Positions 11,471-22,527 of a DNA stretch of 64,000 nucleotides are shown here, in pieces. The stretch covers positions 42,594,001-42,658,000 of the forward strand of contig NC_045138.2 in assembly GCF_008831285.2 (NCBI RefSeq), read 5' to 3'. The notes beneath the pieces were generated by a model that worked only from the letters and a program-made list of their open reading frames with translations, did no database searches and was not told the DNA's origin. Source of the DNA: Nymphaea colorata. Its lineage: Eukaryota. Position 1 is the stretch's first letter; each line of letters starts with the position of its first letter. The position numbers were made by a program, and so were the translations under genes.

Positions 11471-14400
11471 TGTTAAAGATACAAAAAAGGGGTTTTCTGA
11501 AATATTAGGAAGTTAGGGAAGGTCTCTTTAAATGTTTTGTTACTTTTAGTGGACTTCTCTTGTAATTTTCCCTAACCCTAATCTCTTAATAGAGATTAGG
11601 GTCACGTAATGCAAGATAACTTTTTTGCTGCCTCTCTCTCTCTCTCGTAACATGGTATCAGAGCCGGTGTGGGCGTCGACGGCAGAGTGCACTTTCCGGT
11701 GACCTTCTCCGGCGATCACCATCTTCTCCGACGAACAGCCAAGTGAGTTCGTTCTTTTTTTTTTCTCTCGTTCTCTCCCTTGTCACCGCTACTCCTTATT
11801 CCCTCTTATCACCCAATAAGGAGACAGTGAGGGAATAGGGGTTGGGCGTGCCGTGAGAAGGAGGACCTGATCACGCCTATGTGGAAGGCGTGATCAGATC
11901 CTCATATTGGTCGTATGAAGAGACTATTGTGGATGCAGCGTGACGTGTGACGCTGTGGTTTGTGATGATCGTAAATACAGTTTCGGTAAAGTCAAGCTGC
12001 GTGAGGTGTTGTGGATGCTTTGTGGAGTCTATGTGCTGCTTATAAATTCAGGTTTTTTGAATATGATCAGATTTTTTCTATAGATCGTGGATACAAATTC
12101 ATTAAAGAAAGGCTGCGTGAGGACTGTTGCTGATCCTTAGTACAAGTTTTTGTTTGATTTCGTGGCTTTCTTTGACACGTGGACAGGAAGTTTTATGAGA
12201 ACTAGCTGCTGTTATAAGTGGCAGCAGTCTTCAGTCGTTGGGAGCAACAGTCTTCAGTCGTTGGGAGTTCATTCCTGTTTTTGTCATCGGCTAAATCAGA
12301 TCTGAAGTGACAGTAATTTCCTAGCCCTCCTTCTTTAAACGTTTGCGTCAATCTGGTCTTCTTTATTTACTATGGCTGAAAACAGTAAATCTGAAGGGTC
12401 TACTGACTACAAGATGGCTGGGAATTCATTCTCTTATGGAACCACGATGAAACTTAATGGCTCAAATTATGAAATATGGTCTAGGGTATTCATAATGTCG
12501 GTGGCTGGTCATAGGAAGAAATATATTCTTGAGGAGGATGAACCTATTGAGAAAAAAGGAATATATGCTGCGTGGGATGAAGATAATTATATTGTTATGT
12601 CTTGGATTATGAATAGTGTGGAGTCTCATATAGCCCCAACTATTGCATATTATACCAAGGCCAAGGATATGTGGTCTTTCTTGAGAAAGACATACTCGCA
12701 TGCCACTAATGTAATCAAGATCCTACAACTAGAAGAGGAGTTATGCAACATTCGACAAGGGGATCAGGACCTATCTCAATATTTTGCTACTTTGACTGCT
12801 GCATATGAACGGTTAAAGGCTCTTCGCCCACCTTGCCAGCATTGTTATGCATCACACGTTGAGACTGGTATGGTGGCAAAGTTCTTATCTGGCCTATCTT
12901 CAGAATACTCTGTGGCAAAGTCTCAAATTCTAACAGGCAGTGAACTTCCAGATTTAGCAGACACGTATAATAGGCTGAGTCGCTTTGCAGCCACTCTTTC
13001 TCAGACTACGCATGACATACCAGTCTCTGCACTTGTGATATCAGGAGGACGGGGCCCTAGTTCTTTTGGAGGCACTAGGGGGCGTGGTACGGGCCGTGGT
13101 GCTGGACGTGGCAGATTTCAGTGCTCTTATTGTGGCAAAATTGGTCATCTAGAGGACCGTTGTTGGGACAAACATCCTCACCTCAGGTCTAATGTTTCCT
13201 CTGGACGTGGTGGAGGTAGATTCACCACAAGCAGAGGTCCTTCTTCATCCCAGGCAACTCATTCAAAGGCAACAATATCTATGGTTGAGTCTTCTACTGA
13301 TCCTTCTATATCTATGTCATATTCTCTTAACCTAAGTAAGGATGAATATGATCGTGTTCTTGCTCAGAGGTCTGGCTCTACATCTGCCTCTACATCTACC
13401 AATGCTGCTGTTGTAGATTCAGCATTCTCTGTTGGTGCTCCTACTGCTGATCCAGGTATGACATGGATGATAGACTCGGGCGCTTCTAGACATTGTTGTA
13501 ATCAACCACAAAATTTTTCATCATTTGTCAGATTTTCTACACCACAGTATGTTAAGCTGGCTGATGGCAAGTTGTCCCCTGTTTTGGGTAGCGGTGATAT
13601 TTATCTTCCACATTTAGGCACTATTACACATGTGCTATATGCACCTCAGTTTCCTGTTAATTTGATATCTGTGAAGCAGCTAGCTATCGACTTACAATGT
13701 AAAGTCATTTTTGAATCTGACTCTTGTTCTTTTCAGGACTTACCAACTGGGAAGATGATTGGTGGCGGCCATGAGCGTGAGGGCCTTTATTTTTTGTCAA
13801 TCCCAGTTGATGTTGCTGCATCTTCAGTCCCTTCCAAGCCTTCTCCCTTCCAATGGCATCTCAGATTGGGTCATCCGTCCGTACCAAAACTTCGTCGCAT
13901 GTTTCCAGACATTCCTGCATCAGAGTCCTTCTTATGTGATGCCTGCCAGTTGGGCAAGCATACACGGAGCAGCTTTCCTTCGAGTCAGAGTCCATCGAGT
14001 CAGAGTCCTTTTGATCTCATTCATGTGGATGTATGGGGTCCTAGTCGGGTTCCTTTTCGATCATGTTTTCGATATTATCTTGTTCTAGTTGATGATTTTA
14101 CTAGAGTCAGTTGGGTTTTCTTGTTAAGGGAAAGATCTGAAGTCATATGTATTCTTCAAAAATTTATCAAGGAAATAAAAACTCAGTTTGGATTCATTGT
14201 CAAAAATATTCGCACTGATAATGCTCTTGAATTCAAGTCTTCCATTCTACTTCAGTTTTATGCCGACCATGGAATTCGACCTCAATATACTTGTCCACAT
14301 ACGTCCCAACAGAATGGTGTAGCCGAACGCAAACATCGGCAACTCCTAAACGTAGCTCGTACCCTCATGTTACATTCTCACATGCCTGCCTATTTTTGGG

Positions 14401-16793
14401 GTGATGCTATCCTTACTGCGTGTTACCTCATTAATAGATTACCCTCTTCCTCCATTCAAGACCGTATTCCAATTCAAATTCTATATCCAGGGCGTTCATT
14501 ATTTCATTTACCTCCCAAAGTTTTTGGATGCACTTGCTTCGCACATATCCTAGGCCCGACCAAAAGCAAACTGGCTGCCCAAGCTATCAAATGTATCTTT
14601 ATTGGCTATTCAGCTAATCAAAAGGGATACAAATGCTTTGATCCCGTGACCAAAAAAGACATTATCAGTGCGGATGTTACCTTCTTTGAGTCTCGTCCTT
14701 ATTTCCCTCCGTCAAGTCCCTCTTCATCTGAGATGCATGCACCTATACCTCTTCCTATTCCACCAGTGTCACTTGAGTCATTTCCATCATCTCAACCTAG
14801 GTCACATGAACGTTTTCTTGAGCCTCCGTTGGTTTACACTCGTCGTCTAGGTCCCTCTCTCGACCGTCCACCAGCATCGTCTCAAGAGGTAAGCTCTACT
14901 GATAAGACTGACTCAGGTTTAAGTGATGACTATTCTGCAGCAGATCTCCCTATTGCTATTCGCAAGGGCAAGCGACAGTGTACCTTACATCCTATATCTA
15001 ATTCGGTCTCTACTGCTCATCTGAGTACACACTTAGTACAGTTTGATCAAGCTTTATCTAGTCATGTTATCCCGTCCTCGCACCATCACGCCCTGTTAGA
15101 TCCACGTTGGCGACAAGCTATGCAGGAGGAAATGGATGCTCTTCTTTCTCGGGAGACTTGGGATTTGGTAGACCCCCCAACACGCTGTGATGTGGTTGGC
15201 TCACGATGGGTATTCACCATCAAGTATCATTCTGATGGGTCAGTTGAAAGGTTCAAGGCCCGTCTTGTCGCAAAAGGTTATACTCAGACTTATGGTGTTG
15301 ACTTCTTTGAGACCTTTTCGCCTGTGGCCCGGTTGGGCACTATTCGCTTGATTATCTCTCTTGCTGTCCAACGAGAGTGGCCTCTTTTTCAATTGGATGT
15401 CAAAAATGCCTTTCTGTATGGAGACCTTTCTGAAATTGTTTATATGCAGCAACCACCTGGTTTTGAGCGACAAGGGGAGTGTTCCAAGGTATGCAAGTTA
15501 AAGAAGGCTATTTATGGACTCAAACAGAGTCCCCGTGCATGGTTCCAAAAGCTTACTGAAGTGTTATCTAAGTGTGGATTTAGCCGATCCCAACTTGATC
15601 ACTCATTGTTTATCAAGCGAGGCTCAGCAGGACTTGTGATATTGATTGTCTACGTGGATGATATTGTTCTTACAGGGGAAAATGATCAAGAGATAGCTCA
15701 AACAAAGGAGTTTTTACAGCAACACTTTGTTACGAAAGACCTTGGACAACTTCGTTATTTTCTTGGTATTGAGGTGGCTCGTAGTAATAAAGGAGTTGTA
15801 GTGTCTCAAAGGAAATATGCTCTTGATCTTCTACAGGAAACAGGACTATTGGGGGCTAAACCTGCCACACTTCCCATGAATCCTCGCATTCATATACATG
15901 ATGATGACTCAGAGCCGTTTGACTCTAGATCTTACAGATCTCTGATAGGGAAACTGTTATATTTGACTGTCACTCGTCCTGACATTAGCTTTGCTGTGAA
16001 TAAGTTGAGCCAATTCATGGAAAAACCCCGAAAAGTTCACTGGGATGCAGCTCTAATGATTGTAAGATACTTGAAATCAGCCCCGGGAAAGGGGCTATGG
16101 TTCAAGAAAGGAGAATGTGTTGACATCGAGGCGTATAGTGATGCTGATTATGCTGGATCTGTAGATGATAGGAAGTCTACTACCGGGTTTTGTGTCTTTG
16201 TGGGCGGTAATCTTATTTCCTGGAGGAGCAAGAAGCAGAATGTTGTGGCTCGTTCTAGTGCTGAGTCAGAATATAGGGCTATGGCTCAAACTGTGGCTGA
16301 AATGTCGTGGGTTAGATCACTACTTGTAGAGTTGGATGTCTCAGTGAATCTCCCAATGAAGATGTATTGTGACAACAAGGCAGCTACATATATCGCTAAC
16401 AATCCTGTCTTCCATGAGCGGACTAAACACATTGAAGTGGATTGCCACTATATTCGGGACTTAGTTCAAGGAGGAATTGTTAGCACTATTCATGTCTCCT
16501 CAGAAGATCAGGCAGCAGATCTTCTCACTAAAGCTCTTCCCATAGGCGATTTCCTGAGATGTTGTAACAAGCTGAGCATGATTGACATATATGCTCCAGC
16601 TTGAGGGGGAGTGTTAAAGATACAAAAAAGGGGTTTTCTGAAATATTAGGAAGTTAGGGAAGGTCTCTTTAAATGTTTTGTTACTTTTAGTGGACTTCTC
16701 TTGTAATTTTCCCTAACCCTAATCTCTTAATAGAGATTAGGGTCACGTAATGCAAGATAACTTTTTTGCTGCCTCTCTCTCTCTCTCGTAACA
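11471..16793 (+). mobile_element. Intact Ty1/Copia element B (Ale-like), 5,323 bp
   Basis: LTRs 11471-11652 and 16612-16793, 182 bp each with no difference seen. TSD ACAGG on both sides, PBS TGGTATCAGAGC at 11653, PPT GAGGGGGAG, single uninterrupted ORF. Confidence 0.97.
12372..16604 (+). CDS. Copia Gag-Pol polyprotein, 1410 aa (Gag-PR-IN-RT-RH)
   Basis: CSYCGKIGHLEDRC; WMIDSGAS; WHLRLGH..CDACQLGK; HVDVWGP/RTDNALE/NGVAERKHR; LDVKNAFL, YVDD; YSDADYAG, SAESEY, CDNKAA, RTKHIEVD. Confidence 0.97.
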   Translation: MAENSKSEGSTDYKMAGNSFSYGTTMKLNGSNYEIWSRVFIMSVAGHRKKYILEEDEPIEKKGIYAAWDEDNYIVMSWIMNSVESHIAPTIAYYTKAKDMWSFLRKTYSHATNVIKILQLEEELCNIRQGDQDLSQYFATLTAAYERLKALRPPCQHCYASHVETGMVAKFLSGLSSEYSVAKSQILTGSELPDLADTYNRLSRFAATLSQTTHDIPVSALVISGGRGPSSFGGTRGRGTGRGAGRGRFQCSYCGKIGHLEDRCWDKHPHLRSNVSSGRGGGRFTTSRGPSSSQATHSKATISMVESSTDPSISMSYSLNLSKDEYDRVLAQRSGSTSASTSTNAAVVDSAFSVGAPTADPGMTWMIDSGASRHCCNQPQNFSSFVRFSTPQYVKLADGKLSPVLGSGDIYLPHLGTITHVLYAPQFPVNLISVKQLAIDLQCKVIFESDSCSFQDLPTGKMIGGGHEREGLYFLSIPVDVAASSVPSKPSPFQWHLRLGHPSVPKLRRMFPDIPASESFLCDACQLGKHTRSSFPSSQSPSSQSPFDLIHVDVWGPSRVPFRSCFRYYLVLVDDFTRVSWVFLLRERSEVICILQKFIKEIKTQFGFIVKNIRTDNALEFKSSILLQFYADHGIRPQYTCPHTSQQNGVAERKHRQLLNVARTLMLHSHMPAYFWGDAILTACYLINRLPSSSIQDRIPIQILYPGRSLFHLPPKVFGCTCFAHILGPTKSKLAAQAIKCIFIGYSANQKGYKCFDPVTKKDIISADVTFFESRPYFPPSSPSSSEMHAPIPLPIPPVSLESFPSSQPRSHERFLEPPLVYTRRLGPSLDRPPASSQEVSSTDKTDSGLSDDYSAADLPIAIRKGKRQCTLHPISNSVSTAHLSTHLVQFDQALSSHVIPSSHHHALLDPRWRQAMQEEMDALLSRETWDLVDPPTRCDVVGSRWVFTIKYHSDGSVERFKARLVAKGYTQTYGVDFFETFSPVARLGTIRLIISLAVQREWPLFQLDVKNAFLYGDLSEIVYMQQPPGFERQGECSKVCKLKKAIYGLKQSPRAWFQKLTEVLSKCGFSRSQLDHSLFIKRGSAGLVILIVYVDDIVLTGENDQEIAQTKEFLQQHFVTKDLGQLRYFLGIEVARSNKGVVVSQRKYALDLLQETGLLGAKPATLPMNPRIHIHDDDSEPFDSRSYRSLIGKLLYLTVTRPDISFAVNKLSQFMEKPRKVHWDAALMIVRYLKSAPGKGLWFKKGECVDIEAYSDADYAGSVDDRKSTTGFCVFVGGNLISWRSKKQNVVARSSAESEYRAMAQTVAEMSWVRSLLVELDVSVNLPMKMYCDNKAATYIANNPVFHERTKHIEVDCHYIRDLVQGGIVSTIHVSSEDQAADLLTKALPIGDFLRCCNKLSMIDIYAPA

Positions 16794-16985
16794 ACAGGTA
16801 ATGCAGGTAAATTGACTAACTTATCCCCTCATTAAAATAGAAATTGCATTATAACATGTGATGGAAAATCTCATCCCATTACATATATTGGAAATGCACA
16901 TGTTCCATTGTCATCTTCCTTTCTATCATTGTCTAATGTTGTTCTTGCTCCCAATATAAAAAATAACATCATATCCATTTCTAAA

Positions 16986-19900
16986 TGTTGACGGATCTTG
17001 GTGTTTGGGTCCGGGTCTGGACCCGATCCAGTGTGTCCTGGTTTGGGCATACTTATACCATTGTAAATCCTAATCTTGAGTGTTAAAGAAGAATTAAGAG
17101 AGAGAGTGTCTGGCGGCTAGTGGGCACCGACCTCCTCACCCATGGTTTTTTCTCCCTCTTGTTGAGGGTTTTCCACGTTACATCAGTTGTTCTTTACGCT
17201 TTTACTATTTCAACATGGTATCAGAGCCAAATAGTTTTTAAGATCACTGTTCAGATTTGACGAAGAACCATCGACTCTATTTGGTGAGTGTTTTTTCGGT
17301 CCCCGTGAAGTTCTAGTGGACCCTGACGGAACTTGCTGTGCCCGGCCCGACGGTGCATCTTTCGCGAGCTTTGCCTGAGACTGCTGCTCGCTTTCTCTGC
17401 TGTCGTCAACACTCGGTGGAGTCTACGGTGGTGTCTCCTTCGCCCGACGTCGCCTCTGCCAGTTCCTTCGCCCGCCACTCCGTGCTCCATTGCTGTCGCC
17501 CGAGGCTCCCTGGCTGTTTGCCTTCGTCTGGAGGAACTCATTTGTCATGGAGTTTTTCTGTTACTGCTTGATTCTGTTCAACGCCCGACGCACCCGACGC
17601 TCTGTCCGATATCAACGCCCAAGCCCAGCGTCGCCCGACGGGTCCCCTTGCACCGTGAAGCTCCGGCATCACCCTCTGCATCGTCCGACAACCTGGTTCT
17701 GCCCTGTTTTTGCGGTCGTGTATCCGCTGCATCGCCCGCTGCCTTCAGCACCCGCTGCCTTCATCGCCAGATCGCCTGCTGCTTTCATCGCCAGACCTTG
17801 GCGACGCTTGCAGTAGTTGTCTGCCGCTGCCTTCTCTATCTATCCGCCTGGTGCTCCTGCCACTCTCCTGCTGCTGCTCTGATGTCGCCTGGGTCCAGCC
17901 TGCCGTCGGTACTTCTTGCTGCCGCCGGTGCCCGTCCTACAGCCTGGTTGTGATCATGGCAGCGTCTTCCTCTTCAACCGTCAACTCGGATCAAACTGAA
18001 ATCGGGACTTATAGAACTGAGAATGTTCCGGTTCAGGTCACTACCATTCGCCTTCCCAAGGAAAACTATCTTAAGTGGTCTGCCACCATCACTATGGGTA
18101 TAGCTGGTCGAGGCCGTATTGCCTATGTGAATGGGAGTAAGGGTGAACCTCTTGCAAATAGTATGGCTTGGGATACTTGGTTTCTTGAGGACAACCAAGT
18201 AAAAACTTGGATTGTTAATTCAGTATCCTCGGATATTCAACCTCTCATTCTTCGTAAGAAGACTGCGAGAGATATGTGGATTATTTTGGAACAGATGTAT
18301 GGTCAAAAGAAGAGAAAAGTTCGTGTGTATCAACTAATGAAGGAATTGTATGCTCTTCGACAAGGGGATCTCTCTGTCGCGGATTTCTACGCCGCATTAA
18401 AATCTAAGTGGGAGGATCTTGACTACCATTTTGATGATGCCTGGAGTAGTCCTCAAGACCAGATGCATTATATGGCGAAAGAGTGGGAGAATAGGATATT
18501 CCTTTTCTTAGCCGGACTGAACGATGAATTCAAAAAAATAAGGAGTCAGATTCTTAATTCTGAAGAATCATTCAGTATTGAAGATGTTTATTCCCGTGTT
18601 GAAGTTGAAGAGCAAAGGCGACTGGTCATAAATGGGAGAAAGGGGGATCACGTCTCACAATGAACGGTTAGCCTTCATTAGCCGTGCCTCTATGGGAACT
18701 GGCTGTTCCCCCCGTAAATGTACTTACTGCAAAAAACTAGGTCACACTATGGAGTTTTATTGGGACCTGCATCCAGAGAAGAAGAATAGTAGGGGGAGGT
18801 CTTTTGGTGGGAAGAAGCCTATTTCGAATGCACTGAACCCTAGTGATAGTAAAGTTTCTATTTCTGCGGAACAGATTCGTGAGCTGCGAGCATATTTGAG
18901 CCAGATTGATGTTGGTCAGGCAGACACGTCAAATGAGGTGAAAGTCAATCAGGCACTGGCCGTTTCGGGTGAAAAAAGTACTTCTTGTATGGGTCAGTTG
19001 ATTGTTGATAGCGGTGCCACTCATCACATGACTGACAACCCCAAACTCTTTCATGACTACAAGCTTTCCTCGGGAAAGGAACGGGTATCCATTGCAGATG
19101 GCTCCTTTACCTCAGTGGCAGGAAAATGGAGTCTTTCCTTGTTGAACAAGTTTTTAGTGCATGGAGCCTTGCATGTTCCCCATCTTCCGTTAAATCTTTT
19201 GTCTGTTAGCAAGATTACCAAGGAATTGAACTGTGAACTTATATTTTCTGAAAAATGTTGTGTTTTGCAGGACTTGGTGACAGGGAAGAAGATTGAGATT
19301 GGTTTGGTGTCTGATGGCTTGTATCGGCTTCCTATACGCGTTGCCACAACTCTTATGCCAGCAGTTAGCAGAACAGAGAAGAAGAAGGAAGAGTGTCGTC
19401 AGTTATTTTTGTATTGGCATGAACGCCTTGGTCATTTCCCTTTTGGGGTTTTAAAAAAATTGTTCCATGAATTATGTTTCAGTTTGAACATTTCCATGTT
19501 ATCTTGTGATGTCTGTCAGTTTGCGAAACATGTTAGAGCTTTATATCCAATTTCTAATAGTCGTGCTAATAAAGCTTTCTCTTTGATTCATTCTGATGTG
19601 TGGGGGCCCTTAGGCATTCATTCTCGTAGTGATTTTCAGTATTTTACGACTTTCATAGATGACTTTTCAAGGTGTACTTTTGTTTATCTGTTGAAAGACC
19701 GTAGCGAAGTGCCTCATGTTATAGAAACCTTCATCCTCCTTATGGAAAACCAGTATGGTGGGTCTGTCAAGACATTCTGGTCCGATAATGCTCGGGAGTA
19801 TATGTGTCTAACTGTCAAGGAATTCCTTCGAAAGAGAGGGATTGTTCATGAGACATCATGTAGTTATACACTCCCTCAAAATGGAGTTGTTGAGAGAAAA

Positions 19901-22508
19901 AACCGTCAATTACTTAATGTCACCCGAGCTTTATTGTTTCAAAGGAATCTTCCAAAACACTATTGGGGAGATGCGGTTATTACTAGTGCCTATTTGATTA
20001 ATCGCATGCCTAGTCGGGTGCTAAATGGTCGTACTCCCTACTCCATGCTTCCAAGGAGTAGTCAACCTTTTCATCTTCCTCCTCGTGTCTTTGGATGTGT
20101 GTGTTTCATTCATAACCACAGCCCGAATGTGAAAAAACTTGGCCCCAAATCAATTAAGGGAATATTTGTTGGGTATTCTCCTACTCAAAAGGGGTATAAA
20201 TGTCAAGATCTCACTACTGGTCGTGTTCACACTACCAGAGACGTCACCTTCTTAGAACATGTGTCTTATTTTGGTGAGAATTCTCTTTAGGGGGAGAAGT
20301 CAATGTCTAAGGAAGAGTATTCTCCAAGTCAGGAAATTTAGTTTACAGATTTTCTGGATTACAGACGCGAAGAATACTCTTCTGTTGAGGTACAGGAACA
20401 GGAAAAGGAGGGAGAGTGCCCTATGGAGACAGAAACAGAGTGCAATCGTCTGTTTGGGCAGGTGTATTCTAGGAGAAGAGTTTGTGCTGACAAGGTGATT
20501 GATGGTGAGAAGTCCACTCTGAATCCCAATCCTACTTCTTCCTTGAATGACCCAAGTCATGCTCAAAAGCAACCTATAGAGAGAGAAAGTCAGACACAAA
20601 ATGAAAAGGAGGATCTCCCCATTGCCCTGAGAAAGGGTGTCAGGTCATGTACCCAACACCCTATTGGTAACTTTGTGTCTTACTCTAGATTGAGCACTGA
20701 CTACAAATGTTTTGTATCCTCCTTGTCTGTGGCTGTGATTCCCAGGAATGTTACAGAGGCTCAGGGTGACCCCAAGTGGACTCAGGCTATGTAAGAAGAG
20801 ATGGAGGCCTTAGGCAGAAATCAGACATGGGAAGTGGTAGAGATTCCTGAAGCAGCTCATTTGGTTGGGTCAAAGTGGGTATACACCATTAAGTACAAAC
20901 CAGATGGAAATATTGAGAGGTACAAAGCACGTCTGGTGGCCAAGGGGTTCAGTCAGAAATATGAGATCGACTACTTAGAGACGTTTGCTCCTATTGCGAA
21001 GATGAAGACTGTTAGGGTTATTATTTCTTTAGCGGTGCTGAAAGGTTGGGAGATGTGCCAACTCGGTGTTAAAAATGCATTTTTCAACGGAGATCTCGAA
21101 GAAGAAGTGTATATGTGTATGCCCCCGGGTTTTGAGAAACCTGGAAAATGCTGTAAACTGAAGAAGGCCTTGTATGAGCTCAAACAGTCTCCCCGAGCAT
21201 GGTTTGAACTTCTCAGACTTGTTATGAAGAAGCATGGCTACAAACAAGGAAATGGAGATCATACCCTGTTCGTAAAGAGGATAGAGGGTAAAGTTACTCT
21301 AGTGTTGTTTATGTTGATGACATGATTGTTACAGGTGATGATGAAAAAGAGATAGCAAGATTAAAGGGTTTACAATCTGCTGAATTTGATCTCAAGAACC
21401 TTGGCAAGTTAAAGTATTTCCTTGGTATTGAAATTGCCAGATCAGGTACAACTCTTGTGCTTAATCAAAGGAAGTATACCTTGGATCTACTAAAGGAAAC
21501 AAGAAAACTGGGATGCAGACCAGCTTCTACTCCTCTGGATGCAGGGCACAAACTCGGTACCAAGGATGGAGAACTTTTGTGTGAGGAAGCTAAAGGAAAA
21601 TACCAGCATCTAGTTGGTAGATTGATATACATCACTCTGACTAGACCGGATATCACCTTTGCTGTAAATGTGATGAGCTAGTTTATGCATGCACCTATGG
21701 ATGCGCACTTGAAAGCTGTAGATAGGATTCTGTGTTACTTGAAGAAGAATCTTGGCAAATGACTTCTATATGTTAAACAAAGGTCTATTGAAATTGAAGG
21801 GTATTCTGATGCAGACTGGGCAGGTTGTGTTGACACCAGAAGATCTACTTCAGGGTACTGTGTCTACTTAGGGGGAAATCTAGTTGTTTGGAGAAGCAAG
21901 AGACAAGATGTTTGTTCCCGCTCAAGTGCAGAGGCTGAATATAGGGCAGTTGCTACTGGAGTATCAGAGTTGTTGTGGCTAAAGATCTTGCTGGATGATA
22001 TTGAGATAGAGACCGAAAGGCCCATGAGAATGTATTGTGATAACAAGTCTGCGATTAACTTGGCTAACAATCCAGTGCTTCATGATCGAACAAAGCATGT
22101 TGAGATTGACCGTCACTTCATCAGAGAAAGAATTGATGCCAGGGAGTTAACATTACCATACATGAAGTCTGAAGATCAAACTGCTGATATTCTGACTAAA
22201 GCTTTACATGTAACTCCATTTGAGAGAAATGTATCCAAGTTGGGCATGTTTGATATGTATGCCCAACTTGAGGGGGAGTGTTGACGGATCTTGGTGTTTG
22301 GGTTCGGGTCCGGACCCGATCCAGTGTGTCTTGGTTTGGGCATACTTATATCATTGTAAATCCTAATCTTGAGTGTTAATGAAGAATTAAGAGAGAGAGT
22401 GTCTGGCGGCTAGTGGGCACCGACCTCCTCACCCGTGGTTTTTTCTCCCTCTTGTTGAGGGTTTTCCGCATTACATCAGTTGTTCTTTACGCTTTTACTA
22501 TTTCAACA
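16986..22508 (+). mobile_element. Full-length Ty1/Copia element C with decayed ORF
   Basis: LTRs 16986-17215 and 22279-22508 (230 bp, 8 substitutions counted). TSD CTAAA, PBS at 17216, PPT GAGGGGGAG. Gag-pol 17956-22284 is broken by frameshifts and stops. Confidence 0.95.
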
Positions 22509-22527
22509 CTAAACTCATTGATGATAC

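Noticed and set aside
17251..17953. Several overlapping ORFs of 60-200 aa
   Set aside because: GC-rich, stop-poor 5' leader of Copia C with no domain motifs.
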